Positions 20,388-29,198 of a stretch of 37,527 bases of DNA are shown piece by piece (position 1 is the stretch's first letter; every line of letters starts with the position of its first letter). The translations under genes were made by a program, and so were the position numbers. The stretch comes from a virus. Its lineage: Duplodnaviria > Heunggongvirae > Uroviricota > Caudoviricetes. The notes under the pieces are model-generated. The model saw nothing but the letters and a program-made list of their open reading frames with translations, did no database searches and was not told the DNA's origin. The DNA lies in IMG/VR virus record IMGVR_UViG_2737471866_000010; one strand, given 5' to 3'.

Positions 20388-20539
20388 TTGTAGTTATCTC
20401 TCACCTCGCTGATACAGCAGGTGCAAATTGAGGGAACATCATGTACAGCAAATTAGAAGCGGAAACGTCAAAGAAGCCGAACCAATGGATAACTGCGGAA
20501 TAGACCAGGACCAACTAATCCCCAGCCCCAGAAACGACA

Positions 20540-20561
20540 AAACCCGCTCAACGGCGGGTTT
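20540..20561 (-). terminator. Hairpin upstream of holin, candidate tR'-like late terminator / Q-antitermination target
   Basis: aaacccgc-tcaacg-gcgggttt, 8-bp stem, followed on the minus strand by tttgtcgtttc. Confidence 0.4.
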
Positions 20562-20677
20562 AAGCTGTGTGGCGAAGTAACCACTCTTAACAGAGTACTG
20601 TATTTTTTGCGTACGCATTAGTATTTTTTGAAGTATTATCAACACCAATTGTTCAAAACCATTAAAAGGATGTTGTT

Positions 20678-21712
20678 ATGACTGCATCAGCGACCCCCAC
20701 TAATATCACGCATAAGTTTATTGTTCACATTATGAACAAGGAACAACAGGGGTTAGCCACCATTATTCCTTGTCCTTCAGAAAAACCTGTTCAGCAAGCA
20801 TCAAAAGACCTCTCTAACGCACTTACTGAAAGGTACTCTGGGAGAGCAGGTAAAGGATATGGGAAATTTGAAGATGACCGCGATAGTTACCCTATGGGTA
20901 ATATCGTTGATGATTATTTCGTAAATAAAACACATAGTTTTTATGATACTAGTATCCGAATGATCAATCATTTAAAAGCCAGAGCCGATGATGAATCAAT
21001 GTCTACTGGTGGTTATGTAATAATTGCCCATAATGAGGTAAATGGAAATCATTATTTGATGGTTGCAATCCTAACTTCAGCAGTTGGCTCTTCAGTCCAC
21101 GATTTTGAAATTCAAGAAAGTGAATATCTAGACATTGCTAAACTTCGAGTAGCGGGACGAATTGACTTAACTGGGCGCCAGAATGGCAAAGAGAGATATA
21201 TTAGCTTTCTAAAGGGGCAAAATTCAGTAGCAGGTTATTTCAAAAAGTTTTTAGGTTGCAACGATATTCTAATTGCCAAACAAGAAACAACAAAATTACG
21301 GAATGCACTTTTAGAATTTGCTACTGAAAGAGGTTTTGAACCAGAGGCACGTGAAGAGTTCCTAAATAAGGCTCATGAAAAATTAAAAAATTTAAATCGT
21401 TCTGGTGAAACTTTCGACACTCAAATTTTTGCAAACGAGATATGGCCAACTGCTCCTGAGTTGTTAGTTGAAAAGTTAACCAATGACGATCTGGAGTTCT
21501 CTGATGGGTTCGTGCCTGATGGCAACGTTATACGTGGGCTTGTTAGTTTCAAAGGAAAGTCCAAACATTGGTCTCTGAAATTCGAGCGTGCGGCCTTGCA
21601 TGATGGCAGCGTTCTTTATGATTCAGAAAACGATAAATTGATACTTACCGAGATTCCGGATACGCTAAGATCAGAGATTTTATCAGAATTAGGTGAAGAG
21701 GATGAGCAGTAA
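20678..21712 (+). CDS. NdpA/YejK-family (NA37) nucleoid-associated protein homolog, prophage-encoded
   Basis: 344-aa ORF, AGGA Shine-Dalgarno 7 nt upstream of ATG; segments YLMVAILTSAVGSSV, YLDIAKLRVAGRIDLTGRQNGKERYISFLKGQ and C-terminal KFERAALHDGSVLYDSENDKLILTEIP align with E. coli YejK as recalled; AT-rich; plus strand, opposite to the rest of the prophage. Confidence 0.65.
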   Translation: MTASATPTNITHKFIVHIMNKEQQGLATIIPCPSEKPVQQASKDLSNALTERYSGRAGKGYGKFEDDRDSYPMGNIVDDYFVNKTHSFYDTSIRMINHLKARADDESMSTGGYVIIAHNEVNGNHYLMVAILTSAVGSSVHDFEIQESEYLDIAKLRVAGRIDLTGRQNGKERYISFLKGQNSVAGYFKKFLGCNDILIAKQETTKLRNALLEFATERGFEPEAREEFLNKAHEKLKNLNRSGETFDTQIFANEIWPTAPELLVEKLTNDDLEFSDGFVPDGNVIRGLVSFKGKSKHWSLKFERAALHDGSVLYDSENDKLILTEIPDTLRSEILSELGEEDEQ

Positions 21713-22880
21713 AAATCAGAGAACCTTCAAAGACTTAGTGACTATTTACAAGGCCGCTACATTTGCAGGTACCCTATCTGAAGCATCACTCATTCTTTCA
21801 AACGAGGAGCTCTGTGACATCATCAACGATATCACAGAGAATCCCCATGATTTTGGCATCACCCTTGAATCTGGCAACATTGAGTTAGGCCAAACTATAA
21901 CCTTACATATAACCCCCCCCAAATTACGATTGGGGCAGCTACATTTCTCTTTTAATGAGTATTTAAAAAATCCTAAAAATAGGATAAAGGAAGCCAGTAA
22001 CTTCTTTATAATCGAACTTAATTATCACAACAGGGATAAAAAGTCGCCTGCTATTATATCCAAGTACAGAGATGTTTTGAGCTTAATTACTTTATTCAAA
22101 GATTGTTCTGCTTATTTAGATGAAACAAATTTTGAATTGGTATTCGTCGAATCCAACGTACTAAAAATTCCAGTAAATTATTCTAGCGATGATCTTATGA
22201 ATGTTAATGGAGATCTGATTCATAATTTGATCGCAAACTTTGCAGAAGATACGCATAAAGATCAAAAACTTACTATTTTAGCAAGTAGTATAAAATCATC
22301 ATGTGAATCTAAAACTAAAGAAACCTCTTTTTCCTTCATGTTAAGGGATTTAGGACAACTTTATGAAAGTTATCAAAAAGGATACAAAGTATTCGTTTCT
22401 GGTTTTTCTTACGAGAAAATACTGGATCAGTTACGAGTAGCCAAAATAGAAGAGATGGGGAAAATACATAAAGTATTCAGTGACATACAAAATCAGATAT
22501 TAGGTATCCCCGTCGCAACAATTATCGTTGCGACTCAAATGAAGCAGGCTAATGGTTGGGATAGTCAAGCATTAATAAACACAGCTGTAGTGTTGGGTGC
22601 ATTGTTCTTCACTATTATGATTATATTTGTTCTATTTAATCAATGGCAAACTTTAACAGCAATAAATGATGAGTTAAATCATAAAAAACAACAAGCAGAA
22701 TATAACTTCAAGGCTATTTACGAAGATATAAAGGATACATTTGATAGTTTAACCACAAGATTGCTTGTTCAGAAAGTTGTTTTTGCCTCATTAGGAATTA
22801 TAGTTTTATGTGGCTTATATCTTACATTTAGATTCTACTTTTTACTTACACCTTATGCTATTACATATTTATTTAGCTGA
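21702..22880 (+). CDS. Membrane-anchored protein: ~290-aa soluble N-terminal domain plus two C-terminal TM helices; candidate effector partner
   Basis: ATG at 21702 overlaps the upstream stop by 11 nt (GTG at 21693 is an alternative start); C-terminal hydrophobic segments AVVLGALFFTIMIIFVLF and VVFASLGIIVLCGLYLTFRFYFLL. Confidence 0.6.
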   Translation: MSSKNQRTFKDLVTIYKAATFAGTLSEASLILSNEELCDIINDITENPHDFGITLESGNIELGQTITLHITPPKLRLGQLHFSFNEYLKNPKNRIKEASNFFIIELNYHNRDKKSPAIISKYRDVLSLITLFKDCSAYLDETNFELVFVESNVLKIPVNYSSDDLMNVNGDLIHNLIANFAEDTHKDQKLTILASSIKSSCESKTKETSFSFMLRDLGQLYESYQKGYKVFVSGFSYEKILDQLRVAKIEEMGKIHKVFSDIQNQILGIPVATIIVATQMKQANGWDSQALINTAVVLGALFFTIMIIFVLFNQWQTLTAINDELNHKKQQAEYNFKAIYEDIKDTFDSLTTRLLVQKVVFASLGIIVLCGLYLTFRFYFLLTPYAITYLFS

Positions 22881-22897
22881 CGGCCAATATGGCCGTC
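22879..22897. terminator. Hairpin between the convergent stops of the moron operon and Q
   Basis: gacggcc-aatat-ggccgtc in the 24-bp gap between stops at 22880 and 22905. Confidence 0.4.
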
Positions 22898-22904
22898 TAA
22901 TAAA

Positions 22905-23252
22905 TTACCCATGTATTATATATATAACTGCATCAATAAATCCCAATGCAGCTTGCAACTTTTTTCTTATAGTCCCATCAGAGCATTTTCTCTTCTTCGC
23001 AATAGTGCGTAATGAGATACCGATAACAAAGTGAGCAATGATTAGCTCATATTCTTCAGGCCTATATTTACGCAACCGAGCCACACAACTGTCTATCATA
23101 ATGCCTTCGTCATCATCACACTGAATCCGGGACTTTTTGCCATGAGGTAAAAGTCCCTTGAAGCCAGCGGCTACCGGTTGCCAGTCAACTCCGCTATTGT
23201 CTGAAGCAGCCCAAGCTCCCCAACGATCCATTACTTCATACATATCACGCAT
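22905..23252 (-). CDS. Q: Late-gene antiterminator Q (phage 82 / DLP12 QuuD type)
   Basis: Start at internal ATG (M6) preceded by GGAG; VMDRWGAWAA...AAGFKGLL...CDDD motif pattern recalled from DLP12 YbcQ/QuuD. Confidence 0.65.
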   Translation of the reverse strand: MRDMYEVMDRWGAWAASDNSGVDWQPVAAGFKGLLPHGKKSRIQCDDDEGIMIDSCVARLRKYRPEEYELIIAHFVIGISLRTIAKKRKCSDGTIRKKLQAALGFIDAVIYIIHG

Positions 23253-23269
23253 CAACTTTCTCCACAAAA

Positions 23270-24265
23270 TCAGGCCAGCACACCAATTGCCAGCGCACGA
23301 TCGATAAAACGAAATATCAGCTCCAGCTGGGAGCCATACTTCTCTTCAAATGCCACGGTATCCGCATGCAGCTCGTCGTGATGCTTTCTGCACAAAGGCA
23401 ACACAAAGAGGTCATGCGCTTTTGTACCCATTCCCCCCTGACCGTGACCTATCAGGTGGTGGGGATCATCAGCGGGCTTTCCACAACATGCACACAGCTG
23501 TGTCTTAACCCAGCGCGTGTACTTTTCATTAACCCAGCGGCGGCATTTTGGGCGTAACATAAAAGACTCCGGCGACTCCGGATCCACTTTCAGCGCCAGC
23601 ACCTTTTTCGCCTTATCCTGGATGATGCTGGTGGCAGGAACCGAAGGCACAAGGTCACTTTCCCGGGTGACAGACGGCACAACAGGCTTTGGTAATCTCA
23701 GTGCCTTACGGGCTGCACTTTCCGGTAAGGCATCCGCCAGGTCATTACGAATCAGCCACCAGCACAGTTCCGGCATTGTCACAACGTGACTGTCATCAAA
23801 CCCGAGATCCCGACGCACGACAGACAACACCCAGCGGGCACAGTTATCCGTTGCCATTGATTCCAGTCGTTCCGTGAACTGATCGCGCAGCTGGTTATCG
23901 CAGTGCCAGCACAGACGGATTGCGCCTGGCGCGTGTCGCATTGTGGTCATGTTCTTGCTGTGCCAGTCGGAATGAGGCCACTGGCAGCCTTTTTCACGAA
24001 GTAACCAGCTTTCAAGACATTCCACGCCACCAGCACGACGGATCACTGCCTCATTGCGGAACACGGCCCGAATGGCAGGATCATCCGCCAGCGGTTGTGA
24101 TGCCGCGGGAACGGCACCACTGGCGAAAGATGAATAACGTTCCGGCTCAGGCTCCAGCAGGACACGCCCCTGCATAAACAGGGGCATCAGCTCTGAACCT
24201 GGCCTGAACAATACGATCCCCATACGCGGGGCAATTTCAGGGGTCAGTAGTGCTCTCACGGTCAC
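23270..24265 (-). CDS. DUF968-family phage protein with C-terminal HNH-like Cys/His motif
   Basis: 331-aa ORF; C-terminal CACCGKP..HHLIGHG..CRKHH; DUF968 genes commonly lie upstream of Q in lambdoid prophages. Confidence 0.5.
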   Translation of the reverse strand: MTVRALLTPEIAPRMGIVLFRPGSELMPLFMQGRVLLEPEPERYSSFASGAVPAASQPLADDPAIRAVFRNEAVIRRAGGVECLESWLLREKGCQWPHSDWHSKNMTTMRHAPGAIRLCWHCDNQLRDQFTERLESMATDNCARWVLSVVRRDLGFDDSHVVTMPELCWWLIRNDLADALPESAARKALRLPKPVVPSVTRESDLVPSVPATSIIQDKAKKVLALKVDPESPESFMLRPKCRRWVNEKYTRWVKTQLCACCGKPADDPHHLIGHGQGGMGTKAHDLFVLPLCRKHHDELHADTVAFEEKYGSQLELIFRFIDRALAIGVLA

Positions 24266-24266
24266 C

Positions 24267-25076
24267 TCAATGAACGGTATCGAGCAGCTTTAACAGCTCA
24301 GGGAATCGGGATTCGAAGAAATGCGGCTGCGTCTCGCGCGGATTTGCGGGACTGGTGATGTTCTTGCCGAACATGCAGCCTTTCGCTGTCAGCGACCAGA
24401 ATTTTTTGATGTTGTTAATCGCGGTACGGCTGTATCGTTCGCGTTGTTCAACGATCCCCAGCTTCGCCATCTGGTGATATGCCTGATTAGCCGTCAGGCG
24501 GATACCATACTGTTTCAGCAGTGCACTCAGCGACAGCGTAGGGCGACTTGAGCCATCAGGCGCGTCAGCAGGAGCATCAATGGCATAGCGCGGTGCTAGA
24601 TTCGGTAAGCCAACAGCCTCCTGAAGTTTCTGACAGGCACCAAGCACTGAAGAGTTAGACAGGTTTAACTCCCGGCGCATAAAGTCCAGCAGAATCACAC
24701 CAGCCTGCATCTTGTCAGCAGCCTGTCCGGATAATTTTTCAGGTGCGCTGGTTACCATATCGAAAGTACGGATCACCTTCAGATGGAATGACGGGCTGAT
24801 CCACATTGCATAGGCATACACTAGTTCCTTGCAGACATACGTTCCCCGTTCATTTCCCCCATGAATCACACTCACCGGGTCAACACCCAAATTCTGGGTG
24901 TTGGTCAATTCATGAACAAGCTCAACAGTTTGTTGACTGGAAAGAAACTTTCCCGGCTCCTTGGTTCTGGCATTTGCACCAGATGCTACTGCTGCGCGAT
25001 GCAGATCGTTCAGGCTGTAACGCCCATAAGCATCACGACGAACTTCAATACCATCAATGACCATCAGATTATTCAT
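24267..25076 (-). CDS. KilA-N domain protein (antirepressor-like)
   Basis: 269-aa ORF with an N-terminal KilA-N-like segment (MVIDGIEVRRDAYGRYSLNDLHRA). Confidence 0.55.
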   Translation of the reverse strand: MNNLMVIDGIEVRRDAYGRYSLNDLHRAAVASGANARTKEPGKFLSSQQTVELVHELTNTQNLGVDPVSVIHGGNERGTYVCKELVYAYAMWISPSFHLKVIRTFDMVTSAPEKLSGQAADKMQAGVILLDFMRRELNLSNSSVLGACQKLQEAVGLPNLAPRYAIDAPADAPDGSSRPTLSLSALLKQYGIRLTANQAYHQMAKLGIVEQRERYSRTAINNIKKFWSLTAKGCMFGKNITSPANPRETQPHFFESRFPELLKLLDTVH

Positions 25077-25095
25077 ACTTCGTTTCTCCTCTTAA

Positions 25096-25485
25096 TCAGG
25101 CGGCTGCACCCGCCGGTTTCTCATACTTACTGATAGTGATCTCGACCTTCCCTTTCGGGATAACCGGTCCCCACTCCACCAGCATTCTTTTCACCTGTCT
25201 GTCGTCTTCCCACACACCCGCGTGGGTCAGGGCGTCAAACAGAGCCTTGTTATAGTTGTCCAGATCGCGGATCCGGTTATCCGGAGGAAACAACACGATC
25301 TCCACTGAAGCAGGTGCCGACGTTGGTTTCGGCAGACGACGTAACTGCTCAACTATTGCTGCGCACGCCGCGCTCTGAAATTTTCGCCCCGCCTCGCTTA
25401 TCAGGCTCTTACCAGCAAATGCCCCTTTGTTGGGGTGTCGCCAGTACGTGTTCACACTGGGCGGGAAAGGAAGGATCAACTTCAT
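25096..25485 (-). CDS. rusA: Holliday junction resolvase RusA
   Basis: 129-aa ORF; LPFPPSVNTYWRH and DxDNxxKAxFDALT motifs match RusA. Confidence 0.8.
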   Translation of the reverse strand: MKLILPFPPSVNTYWRHPNKGAFAGKSLISEAGRKFQSAACAAIVEQLRRLPKPTSAPASVEIVLFPPDNRIRDLDNYNKALFDALTHAGVWEDDRQVKRMLVEWGPVIPKGKVEITISKYEKPAGAAA

Positions 25486-25808
25486 ACTTTCAGGCCCCTC
25501 TCATGTAACCAGTGGGCTGCACGCAACCTGGCGTTCTCCTCACCGGCAAGCAGTGCGCGGATGATACCGACCGCTTCGCTGTCGTCGTCCTTCACTGCGG
25601 TATGAAGCGTGATCCCCCGGGCCACGCCACGCTTTATCGTGATGACGCCTTTTTTCTCCAGTGCGCGAAGATGCTCCACCGCTGCATTCACTGAACGGTA
25701 TCCCAGCATGGTTGCCACCTCCTGATTGGTTGGCGGGAAACCACGTTCTTTCTGATAAGAAATCAGCATATCCAGCACCTGCTGCTGGCATTGAGTTAAC
25801 GTCGTCAT
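25482..25808 (-). CDS. LexA-like N-terminal DNA-binding domain protein (no peptidase domain)
   Basis: 108-aa ORF; LTxxQQxVLD...GFPPTxxEVAxxLGYRSxNAAxEHLxALxKKGVI closely parallels the LexA N-terminal domain. Confidence 0.6.
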   Translation of the reverse strand: MTTLTQCQQQVLDMLISYQKERGFPPTNQEVATMLGYRSVNAAVEHLRALEKKGVITIKRGVARGITLHTAVKDDDSEAVGIIRALLAGEENARLRAAHWLHERGLKV

Positions 25809-26458
25809 GCCGCCATCTCCCTGACCAGTTTTTCCGCCTGCTGGCGAACCTGCGCCAGAAACGCCTCACCACATGCCTCAAGTTCATCGCGCCCGATGTA
25901 GCTGATTGCCGGTCCCTTCCAGATCTTGTCGAAAACAGCAATAGCACCAGCGAAGAAAGCACCTGTCGGCACCTGCTTCTCGTCCTTCGGGATAAACCAG
26001 GCAGGCAGTTCAAAACCAATACGCCCGCGAATAAAAGCAATATGGTCCGCATCTTCCGGCCACCACACTTCACTGGTGGCAGCTTTGATCAGGAAAACAT
26101 AGCGCCCGCCTTTATCACGCATGGCACTGGCATGCTTCATGATGTAACGCATGCCGGTGATGTATTGCCCCTCATGCTGACTGGCGCGGCTGTATGGGGG
26201 ATTACCAAAGGCAGCACCTTTAAGCTCCGCAAGGCGTTCTGACCAGTCATGCGCCAGCGCGTTGTCTTCCGCCGTGTAATACGCGGCACATTTGGCGTTA
26301 TCACCGTCAGTGAACAGATCCAGAACAAACGGGCCAAACAGGGTGTTAATTCCCCAGAAAATGTTGTCCGGCGTGCGCCACTGATCGCCCACTTCCTTCA
26401 GTTCATGGGCTGGTTTGTTCCGCAGTTCCACCAGTGCCTGACAATATTTATTACTCAT
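25805..26458 (-). CDS. Phage DNA N6-adenine methyltransferase (Dam-like)
   Basis: Start at internal ATG (M12) overlapping the upstream stop (TAATG); catalytic FGNPPYS motif. Confidence 0.7.
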   Translation of the reverse strand: MSNKYCQALVELRNKPAHELKEVGDQWRTPDNIFWGINTLFGPFVLDLFTDGDNAKCAAYYTAEDNALAHDWSERLAELKGAAFGNPPYSRASQHEGQYITGMRYIMKHASAMRDKGGRYVFLIKAATSEVWWPEDADHIAFIRGRIGFELPAWFIPKDEKQVPTGAFFAGAIAVFDKIWKGPAISYIGRDELEACGEAFLAQVRQQAEKLVREMAA

Positions 26459-26952
26459 TAAGCCCCCACGTAATTCCCTGACAGATACCACTCTTCACCC
26501 GATGCAGCGCGCTTGCTGCTTTTCTGTAAGCACTGCTCACGACGCGCCAGAAAATTGTTTCGTTCTGGCTGGGAGTGGCTTTCACGGAATGCCGCCATCC
26601 ACACGGTTGCAGCACGACGGTATAAGCCCCTGGACTCCAGTTCTTCAGCCTGGCGGGTCAGGCACAAAATCACCCGTGGATCGTTAGTGCCGACATAGAA
26701 ATTGCGCACAGGTCTGGTTTCTCGAACTGGTTGTGGTTCCGGTTCCTGCGCTCTCTCAGTCAGGCGCGGGAAATGTCTGCGTGTATCTCCTTCACAACGG
26801 TGAGCCACACGCCCACTCTGACGTAACTTGCTTGCTGACTGCAGAACGCGCTGTCGTGAGTAACCTGCAAAAGCATCCGCAATGTCTCCGGAAGTACACC
26901 CCGGATGGGCTTCAATGAATTTCTGAACGTCATTCAAAAGACTCATGATCAC
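26458..26952 (-). CDS. Putative regulator with PerC-like C-terminal motif
   Basis: 164-aa ORF; ELESRGLYRRAATVWMAAF...RREQCL resembles the PerC/Pch signature; assignment from memory. Confidence 0.35.
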   Translation of the reverse strand: MIMSLLNDVQKFIEAHPGCTSGDIADAFAGYSRQRVLQSASKLRQSGRVAHRCEGDTRRHFPRLTERAQEPEPQPVRETRPVRNFYVGTNDPRVILCLTRQAEELESRGLYRRAATVWMAAFRESHSQPERNNFLARREQCLQKSSKRAASGEEWYLSGNYVGA

Positions 26953-27890
26953 CCCCTGAATCCTGCCGGGATCTGGCTGTAGTCCACGTTGTCGTAACTG
27001 GCTTTGAAGTACGGGTCTTCGCGTTTTTCGGTGTACGTGCTGACGGACGGCGATAAGCGCAGGGAAAGCTCATCCCATTTTTCCCGCAGCTTCGACGGGC
27101 TGAGCACGTTACGGCACCAGAACGGATCGCGGCTGACGCGGCTGTACATCTCGCAGATTTGTTTATGAGTACGACCATCCTGCACACACATTAGGCGAAT
27201 TTCGTTTGCCCAGGCTGTCCAGTTCGGTTCTTTGGGACGAACCACCTCGCCGTCACATTCGGCGGCATGCTCGTACAGGGCGATGATTTTTTTCCAGAGC
27301 CACTGTGCGCAGGTCAAATCATCCTGCGTTCCCCACTGACGCTTTTTAGGGCTGAATACAACCGCATCAGGATGGCGAGTTAAAAAATCCTGTTCATCCG
27401 TCTGCGTGTCCGGTTGCGAAGCGTCCGGACGAGAAGGTTTTTTATCTGACGGATCATGTTTTGATTTTACTGACGGATCCCCGCCAGATTCTGACGGGTG
27501 AAAACCCGCTTTTTTGCCAGATTTCGACGCATCAAATTTTGACGGGTCAGATTTTGATGCGTCAGATTTTGACGGGTCAGAATCTGACAGTTGAGAAAGT
27601 GCCGCTGCCTGAAGCTTTGCAACGTTAAGCTGATAGACGTTCGACGCATTGCGGTTACCCTGGCGACGCGCCTTACGCGTTAACCAGCCTTCTGCTTCCA
27701 GCCGTGCGATAGCCGTTCTGACGGTACTCATCCCCGCGCCAATCTGACGGGCAATGGTTTCAATTGATGGCCAGCACACACCTTCGTCATTACTGAAATC
27801 AGCCAGGCGGGCCATAATTGCCACGCTGGATAATTTCATGCCTGACGCTGCGCAACCATCCCATACATAGCCGGTTAATTTAGTGCTCAT
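26949..27890 (-). CDS. Replication initiator protein (O-like) with origin iterons inside the gene
   Basis: 313-aa ORF with N-terminal winged-helix-like segment; central repetitive SDSDPSKSDASKSDPSKFDASKS encoded by the iterons; first gene after cII, as O is in lambdoid phages. Confidence 0.6.
   Translation of the reverse strand: MSTKLTGYVWDGCAASGMKLSSVAIMARLADFSNDEGVCWPSIETIARQIGAGMSTVRTAIARLEAEGWLTRKARRQGNRNASNVYQLNVAKLQAAALSQLSDSDPSKSDASKSDPSKFDASKSGKKAGFHPSESGGDPSVKSKHDPSDKKPSRPDASQPDTQTDEQDFLTRHPDAVVFSPKKRQWGTQDDLTCAQWLWKKIIALYEHAAECDGEVVRPKEPNWTAWANEIRLMCVQDGRTHKQICEMYSRVSRDPFWCRNVLSPSKLREKWDELSLRLSPSVSTYTEKREDPYFKASYDNVDYSQIPAGFRG
27440..27595. repeat. Origin iterons: about 8 direct repeats of a ~15-bp unit (consensus near AGATTTTGACGGGTC)
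   Basis: Units such as agattttgacgggtc, agattttgatgcgtc, caaattttgacgggtc, gattctgacgggtg, agaatctgacagttg inside the O-like gene; coordinates approximate. Confidence 0.6.
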
Positions 27891-27899
27891 GACCGACCT

Positions 27900-28238
27900 C
27901 TATTTCCCTGAATTTACGACGAAACTGTTCGAGCGGGCTGAAGCACTCATGCTCATAGCCTTCGCGGAGGTAGATAACCCGTTGTGTTTCCGGTTCCCAA
28001 CGAATGACTCTGACGGGCACTCCGTAGTGATCTTTGAACCAGCGGTTAACTTGTCGCAAAGGACTGTCTCCTTTTGCCGGTTGAAATCACCCACAGCCCA
28101 CTCTGCAAAGCTGTGGGTTACAATTTCCCTGTCACCTGGTACATTTACTGCATAGCAATACTCCACCTTCGCTTTTCCACCCGGTACAGGAAGTGCAATC
28201 AGTTGCGAGCGACGGTAGTGTGTTGTTAAACTGTTCAT
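27900..28238 (-). CDS. Hypothetical early protein
   Basis: 112-aa ORF whose ATG overlaps the CII-like stop (ATGA), suggesting translational coupling; no recognised family. Confidence 0.4.
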   Translation of the reverse strand: MNSLTTHYRRSQLIALPVPGGKAKVEYCYAVNVPGDREIVTHSFAEWAVGDFNRQKETVLCDKLTAGSKITTECPSESFVGNRKHNGLSTSAKAMSMSASARSNSFVVNSGK

Positions 28239-28825
28239 GCGTTAGTTTCTCCACAACCAGAAGCAATCGACGCCACGACGCCCGGAGCTGCACACTCGCG
28301 GGCGTCATTACTTTCTGAAATGCAAAAAATTTTGTAGACAAGTGCTGCATGCTCCTGCAGCTTCGAAATCGAGAGATACAGCTCGTCGTTAATTGCTGTC
28401 TTCTCATGCGGTTCCACTACACCGTCTTCGATTGCTGAACGAATCTGTTTTGAATAACTGCCGATCTGTTCAATGACTTCCAGCAGACGCTGGTTAATAT
28501 CGGCGTTGTCCACATCCTCGACGTCAGGAAGAGACACAAAGACGCCATTTGCAGACTGCGCCACAGCGTCAGCAATGAAGTGAGTTCCACCAGCACGTTG
28601 CAAAATCATTGCCCATCCCAGCGGGAAAATCTGATCGCCATCGGCACGAAGGCGGTTAAATAATGCGTTCTCTGTTACATCCAGCCAGTCAGCAGCTTCA
28701 GCGTAACCCCCCGGCAACGCTGCGATAGTTTTTCTGACAGCTTTCACGTACCACTTAGGCTGTTTTTCTACTTTCCAGTGATGCTTACCCACGGCTATCT
28801 CCTTAAAACTGTGGTTACTTTTCAT
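28235..28825 (-). CDS. CII-like transcriptional activator (phage 186 CII / CP76 family)
   Basis: Start at internal ATG (M25) just after the cro stop; [36 protein letters not shown] parallels 186 CII (LRNKLNPEQPHQFTPPELWLLTDLTEDSTLVDGFLAQ) as recalled. Confidence 0.5.
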   Translation of the reverse strand: MKSNHSFKEIAVGKHHWKVEKQPKWYVKAVRKTIAALPGGYAEAADWLDVTENALFNRLRADGDQIFPLGWAMILQRAGGTHFIADAVAQSANGVFVSLPDVEDVDNADINQRLLEVIEQIGSYSKQIRSAIEDGVVEPHEKTAINDELYLSISKLQEHAALVYKIFCISESNDARECAAPGVVASIASGCGETNA

Positions 28826-29063
28826 CTGATGAATCTTTAATCTTTTGAAAAATATCTGGACGTAATTTTTCTTTTGATATGCCAGTGGTCTTTTCAATGA
28901 ATATCGAGAGCTTTGCAGGGGGACGCTTTTCTCTGTTCAACCAGTTCCAGACATGTTGTTGCTTTACTAAATGACCGCTGCTGGCTGTGAGCTTCCGAGC
29001 CAATTCTGATTGACCACCAGCCAGAGCGATTGCCTCCGATAAGGCTAATTGCTCAGGTGTCAT
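28815..29063 (-). CDS. cro: Cro-like HTH regulator
   Basis: 82-aa ORF divergent from the CI repressor across an operator-rich 135-bp region; HTH-like segment SQSELARKLTASSGHLVKQ. Confidence 0.6.
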   Translation of the reverse strand: MTPEQLALSEAIALAGGQSELARKLTASSGHLVKQQHVWNWLNREKRPPAKLSIFIEKTTGISKEKLRPDIFQKIKDSSDEK

Positions 29064-29198
29064 AGCTTTCTCCTTTTTAGGTAGTTAAGTTGTTACGAGT
29101 TGCAAGAATACAACATTAACAACTTTTATCACAACTTTTAGGTGTTGGAAAGCTAAAACATAAAGTTGTAACCTCATCAAAAAAGAGAGGGATATGTT
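29064..29198. promoter_or_regulatory. OR-like operator/promoter region between cro and cI
   Basis: Divergent gene starts; repeated ACAAC/GTTGT half-sites; 12-mer ACATAAAGTTGT and ACAACTTnnAGGTGTT shared with the second site near 30800-30890. Confidence 0.5.

Noticed and set aside
20439-20648. 69-aa minus-strand ORF in the Q-to-holin control region
   Set aside because: Spans the tR'-like hairpin and the promoter region, has no Shine-Dalgarno and a low-complexity translation; the interval is better explained as regulatory DNA
20678-22880. Shiga toxin or other known Q-S cargo (stxAB, nmpC-type porin)
   Set aside because: Neither ORF shows the stxA/stxB size pattern (about 315 and 89 aa, with signal peptides) or porin beta-barrel features; ORF1 instead aligns with NdpA/YejK motifs
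27440-27595. CRISPR array
   Set aside because: The repeats are ~15-bp iterons with variable short spacing inside a coding gene, not 28-37-bp repeats with unique spacers; no cas genes are present
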